Shown: in pieces, positions 37,823 through 50,157 of the stretch | How the letters are laid out: the number at the start of each line of letters is the position of its first letter | Position numbering within the stretch: position 1 is the stretch's first letter | Assembly: GCA_002633005.1 (NCBI GenBank) | Contig: NMRA01000921.1 | Location: 14,740-78,739, forward strand | Direction of reading: 5' to 3' | Length of the DNA stretch: 64,000 nucleotides | Source: Phoronis australis | Lineage: Eukaryota; Animalia; Phoronida | Notes under the pieces: model-generated | Told to the model about the DNA's origin: nothing | Databases searched by the model: none | What the model saw: the letters and a program-made list of their open reading frames with translations, nothing else | Program-made: the position numbers and the translations under genes

Positions 37823-39469
37823 AAAAAATGACACCATGAGTGTACCACATATCCATGCTCGTTCTTCTAAGAACGCGGGAACACCTGTCGATGGCCGGAG
37901 AATAGACCAACCGAAACGTCGTGACAGAGTAAATAGACTAGAGGTCGGTGTAAATAGACCAAGAGATTTTAAAAATAGTTGTCTCATGTTTACTGTTAGG
38001 TATAGTGAAGTATACTGCAGTTGCAACTTCACTCCAGCCTCGCTATATCACAATAAGTACTGTGTTGTAATTTTATTGAGTGTTAACTAGCTTTAAATGT
38101 CAAGTATCAAACAGTTGCTCTGATTTTAAAATCAAAGTTTTAACTTGTCTTATTTCATATCTTGATTCTCAAAAACCTACATGTCCCAGACTGTTTAGGA
38201 GCTGTTTCAATTAAATGCAAGTGCTAGTTGAAAACATTCTTTGAATGTGCTCACCAAATGGCACCATAAAAGCAGCTGGACAGATTGTGGCAAACAATTT
38301 ATGGTTGCAACTGGGATGTCCCCAACCTCAACAAACTCCAACCTCTTGAAATGTTTATCTAAAACATGCTTTATCAGTTAGTTGTCAAGGTTACGAACTT
38401 AAGCGGCCTTTTCAAACTGCCTGTAACTAAAGGACTTACAATACAGCTGGATTGGTAAGACTGTACACTGAACTTAATGTAGATATATGCAGTATAATAT
38501 TTGATTTCATTCAACAAGAAATAATTACTTCATAAGCATTCAGTCAAAGTTGGAAAAATCTTTCAATTTTGAGTAAAATTAATTGCTGGGTTTTTTATTA
38601 TTCCTGGCTATCTGTTCATTATCAATCTCACTGCAATGATGGGAAACCCCCATTTCAGTTGATACTTCGTATCATGGTGATGACAAAATGAATTCATGGA
38701 TCATCCTTATCATTATTCAAAGTTAAGTAATAAGAAATTTCATAAATTATTCTAACTGGTGAAAAGACGTGCATGAAAATTATATCAACCGTGCGTTAAA
38801 ATGTGAATTTTTGTGAAACATCATGTACCATTCATAGGAATTCAGAAATGGTTTATAAGAATTGGATTTAATTAGATTTGTTTGCAAGCTACCAGTTACA
38901 TTTCTTTTCCAATCAATGTGGAATTTACACAAAACGTGTATCGTGAGTAGCTCGAAGCCTATTGTATTTGGTTGAAATCAGACGCAAGATGGCACTGTAG
39001 ATACCATTTTTCGCTGTCTTGGTTTGCGGAGCCGTAGATTTACAGGTTCTATAATTTTTCTGATTTCTTTTTAGGGGAAAAATCATTTAAATGACCATAA
39101 GAAGTGTCCAATTTGTTTTTTTCCTTAGGACTTACTGTTTTGGAGTTATTCAAAATTTTCCGGCGACTGCTAGATAATCGAATCAATTTTTGTTCGGCAT
39201 CTCTGGCAACACTTGCCGTATCTTTCTTGAAGCCAGTATATAGATAGTGCTATCTGCATTGTGCCATCCATTTCACACTATAACCTACCTTTTTCGAGAT
39301 ATTCAAGATTTACTAGCCACATGAATGTTGTTCTGTCGACTTACTGGTACTTTTAGCTGCACTTCGGTCGCCTATTATATTCGTGACAGAGATTGTTTGT
39401 CTGATTGACATTGATTTACTTAGTGTTTATCTAGTCAAAAGCGCGAGCACTGGTTTGTGGATGAACATG

Positions 39470-40333
39470 TACATCAATTTTCAATCGTTAGAATGGTTTG
39501 GTTAATAGAGAGATCGATGCCAAAAAAACAGACTCAAAAACAGTAAAAATGGCCATGAGGTGGCGCAAAATACCTCAAATCCATCAGAAAACGGCAGGAT
39601 AGCGTCACCGTACCAATACGATGTCTACATTTCAAATTTTTCGAAACTCTGTTGAGCATCCTTGAATATACAGAGGTAAACATAAAAACTAAAATTGCCA
39701 CTGGGGGTTGTAACGGTAGTCCGATTCATGCAAAAGTCATCATCATTTGTTGTCAACATCGCATAAATGTACTTGCAACATTAAGTAAAAGATCCTACTA
39801 ATGGCTTAGAAGATTCAGCCATGGGTGCAAAAAAAACTGCAACTAGGAGGCGCCACAGTTCTCGAAGTCGTCGGAAAATCGTCGTCAGCCGCACTCAACA
39901 CAGTAAGAACATATCCGTCAATTTTCAAAATCATCCCCAGAGCGGTTTGGTTGATAAAAGGGCGGATGCCAAAAACAGACTTGAAAACAATAAAAATGGC
40001 CACCAGGTGGCGCAAAGTGCCTCGAATCCATTCGAAAACGGGAGGATGGCATCATCTCACTAATAGATGCCTAACTGCTAAATTTTATGAAAATCCATTG
40101 AAAACCTTCAAAGATACAGAGGTAAGCGTAAAAAATTAATATTGCCACTAGGGGGCACACCGGTAGTTGGAGAGGTACGAAATTCGTTGTCATCTGTCGT
40201 CAGCTTGATATGAACACACCTGCCAAATCTCATTCAGATCCTGTGAGGGGTTTAGGAGATACAGCTGAGGATGCCAGACGCCCAGACAGAGATGACAGCA
40301 ATATGCGACCACATATAAATATGTGGGCCCATA
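39470..40333 (+). mobile_element. 5'-truncated family-1 HINE-like element
   Basis: Two core units plus 3' hairpin ATGCGACCACATATAAATATGTGGGCCCAT. Confidence 0.7.
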
Positions 40334-40659
40334 AAAATAAAATTGATGAGTTTCTAGACATCTAGCCTACTATATTTTAATCTCTAACAATAAGACACTC
40401 ACAGAAAAGATGAGTCTTAAAGTGAAAGCGAGGTCACAAGGCAGATCTGTCTTGTGACGAAAATGAAAGCATAGAAGCGCTGACATTAAACTTGTCATTG
40501 TGCTTTTTCTCCTCCGTTTTAAAGGGGTGGGGGGGTGCAAAATGGAAATTATTATCTATTCTGGGCTTGAGATTCGTTGGCAGGACAAGACCATAGCAAC
40601 CGTGACGACTATGATCACATTGGTGGATTACAGTACCACAACATGATGAGCATAGTCAC

Positions 40660-40950
40660 AATGATTCGGGGTGTACCCAGATCCTGAGAGAAAAATCCAC
40701 AACACACTTTTACGAGTACACCGAAAATGATTTGGAGTGTACTCAGAGCCTGAGAGCAGAATACACCAACACAATTTTATAAGTACACCCAAAATGGTTG
40801 GGGGTGTACCCAGAGCTTCAAAACTGAATACACAAACACAATTTTATGAGTACCCCAAAAATGATTTGGGGTGTACTCAGAGCCTGAGAGCTGAATACAC
40901 AAACACAATTTTGAGTACATACAAAATGGTTTGGGCTGTACCCAAGCCAG
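40660..40950. repeat. ~60-65-bp minisatellite
   Basis: Repeated GGGGTGTAC(C/T)CAGAGC...AATACACAAACACAATTTT...GAGTACACC-AAAATG units, about 4.5 copies. Confidence 0.8.
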
Positions 40951-42372
40951 ACCAGATGAACTCGCGTCATGCAAGGCCATTCAGGTATACCCTAAACTTG
41001 ACATGACTGTGAGCTCTTTCACAAGGCTACCTGAAACCCTGCACAATTTATTTTTTTTATCAATTGTTCATTTCCATGATAAAAGTTCATTTGAAATAAT
41101 AACATGTTTGTATCTCACACCTAAGAACCTTAAAATGAAAAAATGATAGTACAAAGGCAGCTTAATAATTAAGTGAATAAGTTGCTGCAGATTTAAACTA
41201 AATGCATTGGACTTTTTCAATTTCAAATTTAAAGTATTTATTTTGTAGAAAAGTTATAGTTTAAATTGTCATCTACTTATTCTTAGTAGAATTCATTTTA
41301 TTAAAATCAGACAGTTCAACTACATTATAAAATGTAATTAAAACAAAATGTTAATTAAATGAAGTTAATATTTCTATCTGTTGGTACCCTGTGTTTGTAA
41401 AAAATTGCTTAGATTTCAGGAAAATCAAGATGCAAAAATATTCATATAAAAAGTTCCTAAGGTGCTCTAGAGTATAAATAACAAAAGACCTAAAGGAAGA
41501 TATGTCATGTTGCTGTGGCAATGTAATCAACATGTTATTGTTGCTCTGACCTGCCAGGCTGCATTTGTGTTGAAAAAGCCGATACTGGGCATTTTTAAGC
41601 CGTAGGGACCTACCACCTACTTTACAGAGTACTTTTTCACACCCTCACTGTAGTCACTCGTTTTGTGTCTTTCAGTGCATTGGGCCATTGGGTGGCTCAT
41701 GTATGAAATGATTTCATAGCCATCATTGTCTCTGAGTAATCTTTCATATTCATGATCCCTGGATCTTTTTAAGAATTAGGCTATTTTTTCTGCTGAGCCT
41801 CGCGTAGATTAAACAGGGGTTTAGAAACGTTAGAGCAAATTATTAGAGACAACGGGAAGAACAGAGAGATGCAGCTAGGAGAAGAATAAATATCTGCTGG
41901 AATTCTCTGAAAACATGCAAATGTGAATCAAAAAATTGATAACAGTACTCTACTTGCGTGTACTGTGATGTGACATCAGCTTTACTACTATATACATGGG
42001 CATGGGTCAGAACCATCAACAACATGGCCCAGAAAATAATGTTAGTTCAAGTTGAGGGCGAGCTCTCATTTCAAAAACAAATAATTAAAATGTGTTCTCA
42101 TTCAATGATTATTTAATGTTTTAAACTTTGTTTCACACTTTGTATTTTGACAGTCACATTTGTTTATTAGTTTTGAGTTTCTATTCTATTTAACCCATCA
42201 AAACATTTTTCCTGATAAACTAACAGCTGTCAAATACAAAATGATTGTCGCTTTCATTTCCGTTTGTATTGCTTACCATCTTCAAAGGAAAGAGAAGATT
42301 TTTGGGGGTTGTTTCACATCTTTAAACAAATGTATTGGAAAGTTAACATCTTAGAATATATTTGTAACATAC

Positions 42373-42408
42373 CGCCACCTGTGACGATTTCGTGCAAATG
42401 GTCAGTCA
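42373..42408 (-). CDS. Gene B micro-exon F (36 nt): (V)TDHLHEIVTGG
   Basis: atgtag|TGACTGACCATTTGCACGAAATCGTCACAGGTGGCG|gtatgt. Same length, phase and GGTGG-G|gtatgt ending as the duplicated micro-exons. Confidence 0.55.
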
Positions 42409-43259
42409 CTACATTTAAATAACATTGATTCATAGTACCAACAGACCAATATAGCTTAAATAGTGCAAATGTATTAATTATTCTGAATTGATATCTTTAA
42501 GTCACAAAAAACAACTTATTACTACAAATTCAGAGCGTACATCCGTCACTAACTCAACTTAATATGTCAAGCTGTCTCACAAAAATTTCTTAGAAGATAT
42601 TGTCAAAAAAATTAGTGTGTTGTACTTTGCAAACATTCCACTAATTCTTCATATAAAACGAAAATTGTAACTTTATGCCACTCAAAGAAAATTAACCTTA
42701 ACAAGTTAAAAAAATAATTCAAATTGTCTGCGTAATTCCGTCACACCTCAGACAATTTTCTCAATCAGACCAAAAGTTAGGGGAAAAGCTGTAATTGCTT
42801 TGAAAGCCATCAATGACACCTATCAAACAGGAACTGAACAAATAATTGCACTGAGCTCCTAGCGATGAGTCTAGGGAACATTTTGTCCACTTGTAATTCC
42901 TTGAGGTAGGAATTTTTGGAAGTTGAAGTTGTTAACTGACTGGCATTTTCTATGAGTCAAATGGTTCAAGTGGTGTTGAAAGGTAGAGAGAATGCAATGT
43001 TAACAAACAAATTTGAAAGTATCCCAAGAAGGCAAAAATACAACAGATGAAATTAAGGTCATGAAAGAAAACGTATAACTATGCATTACCAACGGTGATT
43101 ACTGAGAAAGCACATCTCAATGTATCTTGGAGGTTACAATAGAATCGTGGTTCATTACAACAATTTCCTAAGTAATATGTAGTTACTGACATCCTACTAA
43201 TGCATATTGTAACCTAAAACAGGAATGAGTACCATGACACAGTTTAAATAGCAACTTAC

Positions 43260-43583
43260 CGGTCGCCTTAAGGACCTCAGTTTCAGCGTACAAAGTAGCC
43301 TGCCTGTTGGACACTTGACATCTAAACTGTACGCCATCATCAGCTGCATCCAAGTTGACCGTCAGTGTGCTGGTGCTGTTAGTGGTTCCATCATTGTTGT
43401 TGGCAGTAGTCTTGGTAACATTCTCTGTTATGTCTGTGTAGGCACCGCTACTTATTCGCCGTGACCACACCATAGATGCCTGTGGTTTGCCCAAATTGGC
43501 CGTACATATGAGAACAGTTGGTCCTAATCCACCAAGAACAGGCTGCGTCAGGGCACCAGATATAGATGGTGTACTTGGACGGA
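43260..43583 (-). CDS. Ig-superfamily gene B: C2-type (CD80/nephrin-like) Ig exon
   Basis: aacag|...|gtaagt, 324 nt, phase 1/1, open. Translates RPSTPSISG...TVLICTANLGKPQASMVWSR...DGTTNSTSTLTVNLDAADDGVQFRCQVSN...; canonical C, GxP, W, S-x-L and D-G-x-x-F-x-C are present. Confidence 0.92.
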
Positions 43584-44181
43584 CTGTTCATGTGGAAACA
43601 AGTATAAATTAAGCATTACAGCTCCTATCTAGTTACAATTGATCACCAAGGTACCTTAAGACACTTTGACAAGTGAACGATGTTCTGGAATGCGCTTACC
43701 CTCAATTTGGTATGATGATAAAATGTGCCCAGACTTCTAAATGGCTTCTTTTAACATGCAGTTGCAACCTCTTTGTTAAAACTTGTGATACATTTGAATA
43801 GCCAGCATCGCCATCACTTGATGATTGCTGACACTTGAATAATTACGGGTCACCTTAACAATTGTCAAAAAGCCATCCCTTATAAATTTTAGAAAGTAAC
43901 ATTTTGAATTAACATGCTTAAATTGGTAACCCTAGATCGGTGTGGGCACCATTTATTAATATGCAGTCCACAGATCCATCGACCAAAATACAGCCAACAG
44001 GGCGGCAAGATGGGAGGTCAACCATTCCAAAACATGTTCAGTCTAATAAATCACATTATGGATGACAGAAATTTGGTGAAGTTAACCGAGGCAATTGTAG
44101 AACATTTTTACCAGATGAGACTGACAAGTGCTAATAAATGAGCAACAACATGTCCAGAGATTTTTTCTAGTGTGACCGGGT

Positions 44182-45806
44182 CCCGGGTGAGAATTTTACA
44201 CGTTTGACACGCTTTTGAGCGTGTCAAACGTGTAAAAAACGTGTAATACGTGTCAAAATTGCCACGTTAACGTGTAAAACGTGTAAAAACATGACACGCT
44301 AGCGTGTCAAACGTGTAAAATTTGCCACGTTAGCGTGTCAAACGTGTAAAATTTGCCACGTTAGCGTGTCAAACATGTAAAGTTTGCCACGTTAACGTGT
44401 CAAACGTGTAAAGTTTGACACGCTAGCATATCAAAGTGTAAAATGTGACACGCTATGGTGTCAAACGTGTAAAATTTTGACACGCTAGCGTGTCAAACGT
44501 GTAAAATATGATAGAACTCTTCAATAAAGATACAATTTAAATAGGCTTGGCCGTTCTGAAAAGGCCACTGGGAGGTAATCACCCAATTTGAATGATTAAA
44601 CATGTTCCCTTAATAACATCAAAGAGTTTGCAACAAAGGTTTTCACTGCATATTCAAATATTCAAATACTGAGTTAGAGTTGGTTTAGCTGTCAGAGTGT
44701 GCAGTCGTGTCAGGAGAGCACTTATGAAGTATGGTTTTCGAGTGTAGTGCAGCTTTAACAGAAGTTTAGTATGTATATACTCTGGTTGACAGTGGCTCGA
44801 TAAACTTTTCTTGCAAATGGTCCTTCTTTTTACAGGTAAGTTTGATTGTAAAAGAAAACAAGAGTCAGTAGAAACTGTTGACTATGCAGTTAATATATGA
44901 AGTCGGAACGCCTCTCATCTTCAGTAGTATATCAATTGATAATATTGTTGTTATTGGATCAACTCACATTTTGTGTCATCTTGAATGAGGATAAGACATT
45001 GTGTGTAGAGGTTTGGGCTGCAAAATCAACATGAACTCAATGTTATGACAAATGTTGAATCACTCTTGGTAATTCAAAGATGTTACAAAGTGCGTCTGTT
45101 CTTTACTTCATAAACTGTCTTCAAGCAACTGGCCTGACTCAAAAGCTTAGACTTATATGCATATATATAGCAGCTTAAGCACTTCAAATTTGTATGTTGA
45201 ACCATTTTCTTATTTCTGTGTTAATGTTATTCTAGATGAAATGAAATTTAGTGACAACAGTATGTGGTAAGAGTTGGATAGTTACATTATCCTTTTAATG
45301 ATTCTATATCATTATCACATTTTGGATTATTTACATCAACAGTAACAATAAACTGTGACTTAAAGAAGAAATCCCTTTATACATTTGCTTTCAGTATGGA
45401 TTCCCATGGTGGATGGTGAGCTGCTATAAACAAGAACATTATGGCTTGTACACGGCCTCAGGCTAAATGTAGGGTCGCTACCATGGCAATGACACAGATT
45501 ACAGGCTAGCGTGTCAAAAGCGCCACGTTTGACACGCTAGGGTGTCAAAAGTGCCACGTTTTTGCCACGTTTTGGCACGCCACGTTCGACACGCTATCGC
45601 CACGTTTTACACACTTATCGCCACGTTTGACCCGCTGAGCGTGTCAAACGTGGAGTATTGGAACGAAAATTACACGTTTTGACACGTATGACACGCTACA
45701 TTTTACACGTTTGACACGCCACGTTTTACACGTTCGACACATTTTGAGAGCGTTCCAATACTCCACGTTTTTAGAGCGTGTCAAACGTGTCAAATTCTCA
45801 CCCGGG
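44182..45806. mobile_element. Complete non-autonomous CMC/EnSpm-like TIR element, copy 2
   Basis: TIR CCCGGGTGAGAATTT-ACACGTTTGACACGCT ... AGCGTGTCAAACGTGTCAAATTCTCACCCGGG, 2-bp TSD (GT), and subterminal repeat arrays at both ends. Confidence 0.9.
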
Positions 45807-46549
45807 GTAGGCATACGGTCATTGACAGCACGATCTAGCAGATTTGGACTTAACCTGCCTTAAAGTATTCCAGACTCCACGGGAACTTAAACACTTAGAA
45901 ACGCTATGTGGAAACTTAAAGTGGATTTCAGTTAGTTTTCTCGAGTTAAACTATTTTTATTCAAGAATTCAAGTCGCCATATCGACGATTGCAAGGCAGT
46001 CAGTCGGCGAGTTTTGGCCCTCGGATTAATGCACAATTTTCTGTAAAATGATAGTAATTTAACGGCAAAGTTTGATAGGAATGCACCACAATTTTGTAGA
46101 AAGTCTGCCATAGGTTACACTTTCGTCTCATGGCGTAAATATGATGAATCTTAACTTTCGATTTCACCCGTTTCGGAGTCAGGGTTTCAACCATCATATA
46201 TGGGTTACAATAAGCGCTCCCTGAAACAAATTTTTCTAAGCACCCTGGGCGGTTATTAGGGCGAATAAAGTACACAGCACCAAGGCAACATTGCGCAGTC
46301 GGGGCCACTGCCTGGCCTGACGCAGAACAGCATCGTCCCATCCACTAATAGTCAACACTACACGGTAGTTAACTTGTATCATGAACTTCTGAGAGCTGAG
46401 ATTGCAGACGAGTTATACACATTAAGCACATTTCTGTATCCCAGACTGGCTATTCACCCAATGAGCTATACATAATAAGCTTAATTCATCTCATTGACTT
46501 CCCACGGTACAGTCTCAGTGACGTCACTTTTTTACAAAAATGTGAAAGG

Positions 46550-46990
46550 AATAACAAAGATGTGATTTCTGTAATAGACTTTATTCATAAACTAAATTTC
46601 ATTAAAAATGCATGTTTTCGTACTTCAGGAACCTTTTAAAACTTTGGAGACAGTCGTCATTGCAATTTGCATCAAACAGAACTTATCAGAGGAAACTAGA
46701 AAGATTATTGTCACGACGAGACAATAATGGACTCTGCGCGTACGTATTACCAGCAATTCGTTATGGGAAGTTACCGACAACAACCCGTTTATCAATATGA
46801 AAAAGAATTCTATAAAACTATAGGAGTATATCCATGTTGATAATTTGATGACCCTTGCACTAATTGACCCTTGCCAGCGCATTACGAGCCCTGATTAGGG
46901 AAAGACCGTTAACTCGATGAAAAGTGTGGTTAGTGCTAACAATCGGAGATGTCTTACCTTAAAGTCCTTGTTGCAAACTGCCCATGTGGT
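46550..46990. repeat. Fragment of HINE-like family 2
   Basis: Homologous to ~20700-21070 (ACAATAATGGAC...GTTATGGGAAGTTAC-GACA-CAACCC...AACTCGA-AAAAGTGTG-TTAGTGCTAA). Confidence 0.65.
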
Positions 46991-47998
46991 TCTAGTATCC
47001 GAAAATACTTACTACATAAAATCTTATTTTCGACACCCTTTCTTTACATTCTTTTCGCCTTTCTTGCCAAAAGCGATTTTTCAACAGTATTTGACCCTTT
47101 TCTCTGAGCGTATGATTACCGGTTGTCATCGGTTATTTCCGTACCTACATTTCCGGCTCATCAGTTCAGGAACTTTTCCTGAACGCCGCCATTTTTTCCT
47201 TGTAACTGAATGTGCTATGGCTTGCTCGAAAAGTCTTCAATATATTGTTTTATTAGTAATATATCGTGATTCGTTTGCATATGCAGTGTATTTATAGTTT
47301 GTAGTTTGTGGTCGTTGATTTTTTTTGGAATGTTACGCGTACTTAGTATGTTAAAATAGTATTGGTGTTTAGTTCCTCACGTAGGCCGGTCGAACCTAGG
47401 AACCAATATGGGTCGAACCTACTTTTTTCAGTTTCATTTTTTTCCTCGTTTTGAAAAAGTACTTTGCTATCATCGGAAAGGTGGTACATTCTACTCAGTA
47501 AAAATCGAAAAAGCATCAAAATCGGGGCCAGCACTGTAAAGTTATTGCAAGTTTTGTGGCGAAATTTGGGTCACTTTGTTTGGATCGCGTCGACCATATT
47601 GGAGGACAGCGGAATGAGTTACGAGTTTAAAACTTTGTGAAATTGTTTTCGCCAACAAATTACGGTGACATTTAGTTAGACATAACTTTACTTACTATTC
47701 TGCCCGATTTAGCAGTGTTCACCAAATTTCAGCCTCGCAGTTGTTACTCATTAAGTGATAAATGTGCTCACAATTCCCGTTGGACTTCGTCTCATTTCTG
47801 GCGGCACCTACAATGTCGACTTTTGCTGAACTGAAAGGCATGTTCAATCGGCTACTTTGTAATTTGTGAAGATTTAACGTCGAAACATTTTGACAAACGT
47901 GGCTACAAAAAAGAAACTCTGTTCAATTTTCGTGTTTTTTTGTGTTTGTGGTCAGCGAGCAGTTAGGCCTAAGGGTAGTCTTGGCGCAAAGCTGCCTC

Positions 47999-48140
47999 CC
48001 GTTCAGTAACGCTAGGACCTCACTAAAAAGCAAGACTTCGCGAGAATACGTGAGATTTCGCCGTGTCTTTTGAAAAAGAACACGTGACTTTCACTAGGTT
48101 TTAGCTAGGTCCTACCGTAGGTCCTAGCGTCTACTGAACG
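47999..48140. mobile_element. Small MITE-like inverted-repeat element
   Basis: CGTTCAGTAACGCTAGGACCT ... AGGTCCTAGCGTCTACTGAACG. Confidence 0.55.
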
Positions 48141-48829
48141 CACGCCTGTATAGGCCTACTAACAAGCTGTATTTTGACTATAGTCTTCACTGGTTGCTGG
48201 TGACTGAGGCTAACTAAAGTCTGCCGCGACAGTGTTACACAGGACTAACCAGCCCGTAATTTCATGCAAGTATTCTACCCTTGAATATATGCAGCATTTA
48301 TCATTTGACCATTTTACTTCGACAAAACAGCTTGCAACCGCATGTATTTACAGTTCGCCAGTGAGTGGTCTCGATCCGCACCGGGTCCGATAGGCTGCGG
48401 TACCGAGTCTGGCAAAATAATTTCTGTCAAAATTTATTCGCCACATTTCTTCAGCAAATTCGATAAAATTGTCTGTAGTTTGATTTTATTAAAATTAAGG
48501 CGCGCTGTCGATCACTTTATCCCCGTTTGCTGGCTGGTAACAGTACAGGCACTGCTTGAGTCGCACTGACGGCGTTTTCTCGGCCTGGGTTCCTGAATGA
48601 ATTGTACTTCCGGGTTCGCGGCCAGTTCAAAATGGCGGTGTTTCGTCGGGTGCGAATCGTGAGTGGCGCGTTCATTTAAACTGTTTTCGAGTACGGATCG
48701 TGTATTAGTTATGGGGTAGGTACTTCTTGGATCCTTATAACATCTTCTAACCATGTAATAAGGGTTAACACCGCGTGAGACAAGGACTTTAAGCACCATA
48801 GCCGGAATACAAAATGAAATTGATTTGGT

Positions 48830-49960
48830 CAAAATTTGAGAAGAAAAATGCACCTAATGACCAAATGTTTGTACCAAATGACCTGAGACTTTATAATTCA
48901 AACTGAATCGCATTTGCTAAACAGATACGTAAATTTGAAGTCTCTAGCTCAAAATATTAGCTTGCACTCAATGACCTTTGACCTAGTTTCTCTGAGTGGA
49001 TGGCCCTATTGCTTAGTAAAGTAAGGTATTTGATTGGGATGTAGGTTTACACCAATGTGCTGGAATTGAAGAGAATTCCTTGAAAAATGTAGGAGAAATA
49101 ACCTATTCAAATGTAGATGACCTTTGCACTAATTGACCTTATCCAATGCATTACATCCCTTTTAGTAGAATTATTACAAAGACCGTGAATAGAACATTTA
49201 ATTCTGAGAATCACAGTTGGATAAATGTTGACATATCAGAATACTTGGTGAATGAAAAGGTCAAATTTTCAGAAGAAAAATGCACCTAATGACCCCATGT
49301 TTCCACTAAATGACCTGAAACTTTGGATTTCGAATTGAATTACCAGTTCCAATCAGGCATGTAAATTTGAAACTTCTAGCTCAAAATCTTAGTTTGCATC
49401 TAATGACCTTTGACCTATTTAACCTGATTGGATGACCCAATTACTTATAAAGTATTTTTAAATTGTTTTATTGATTTATACCTGGGCACCAAATTTAAAA
49501 ATAATAGCTTTAAAAATGAAGGAGTAGTATTTTGAAAGCTACATGCCCTTATTACCAAATGACCTCTTCCGGTGCATTATGGAATATGATTATATAATGA
49601 ATCAAAATTTATGTACTGCCTAAAATCATATGTTAAATTTGAAGAACATACCTGCAACCATTTTGGAGTTATTAAGTGTCAAAGTTGGTTGGAAGAATAA
49701 GAGTAAGAATAAGAAGAACTAGAATGCAATTTCGTACGCGCACTTGTGCGCGTGTTCTACGCACGTGAATGGGAAGTTATAGCCGTGTTGTTGGTGTGAA
49801 AAAGAGAGATGGCCCTGGTGTGTAAGCTCTCCGGAATGCATCATGTAAGTATGAGCTGATTGAAAAAGTCTGAAATTTAATAGAAAACTGCACTTAATGA
49901 CCCCTAAAATGCACCCAATGACCCCAATGTTTCTGCCAGAACTTCCTTTATAATTCTAAG
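48830..49960. mobile_element. HINE-like family 2 copy, followed by the 5' end of another Helentron-like element
   Basis: Two TGACCT-rich core units matching 21070-21950, a GAATAAGA microsatellite, then an AACTAGAATGCAATTTCG start with a CGCGCAC..GTGCGCG hairpin at ~49718-49753. Confidence 0.6.
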
Positions 49961-50157
49961 TCACAAGCGTGATAAGGAAAAATGTAGCTGTAAGTGCCGA
50001 CGCACTCTTGTGTTTGTAGTCTGACTATATTCGCCATCTGTTGGTGGTTTATGTGTTTGCTCTCAACACCAAAATAAAATTGCCCCCCTAAAGTACTCAC
50101 AAAAACCATTTTCTAGAGGCCCTACAAAATCTGGCCCACCGTCTAATAGACTAATAG

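Larger units (their letters stand above)
37607..37981. mobile_element. Palindromic mini-element: ~120-bp inverted Penelope-type terminal repeats around a tRNA-like SINE head
   Basis: 37607-37727 is the reverse complement of 37861-37981 with few mismatches. The spacer carries A- and B-box motifs. Confidence 0.75.

Noticed and set aside
47090-48768. Possible piggyBac-like element (TTGA-CCCTT ... AAGGG-TTAA)
   Set aside because: Only about 5 bp of inverted match and an imperfect TTAA target site.
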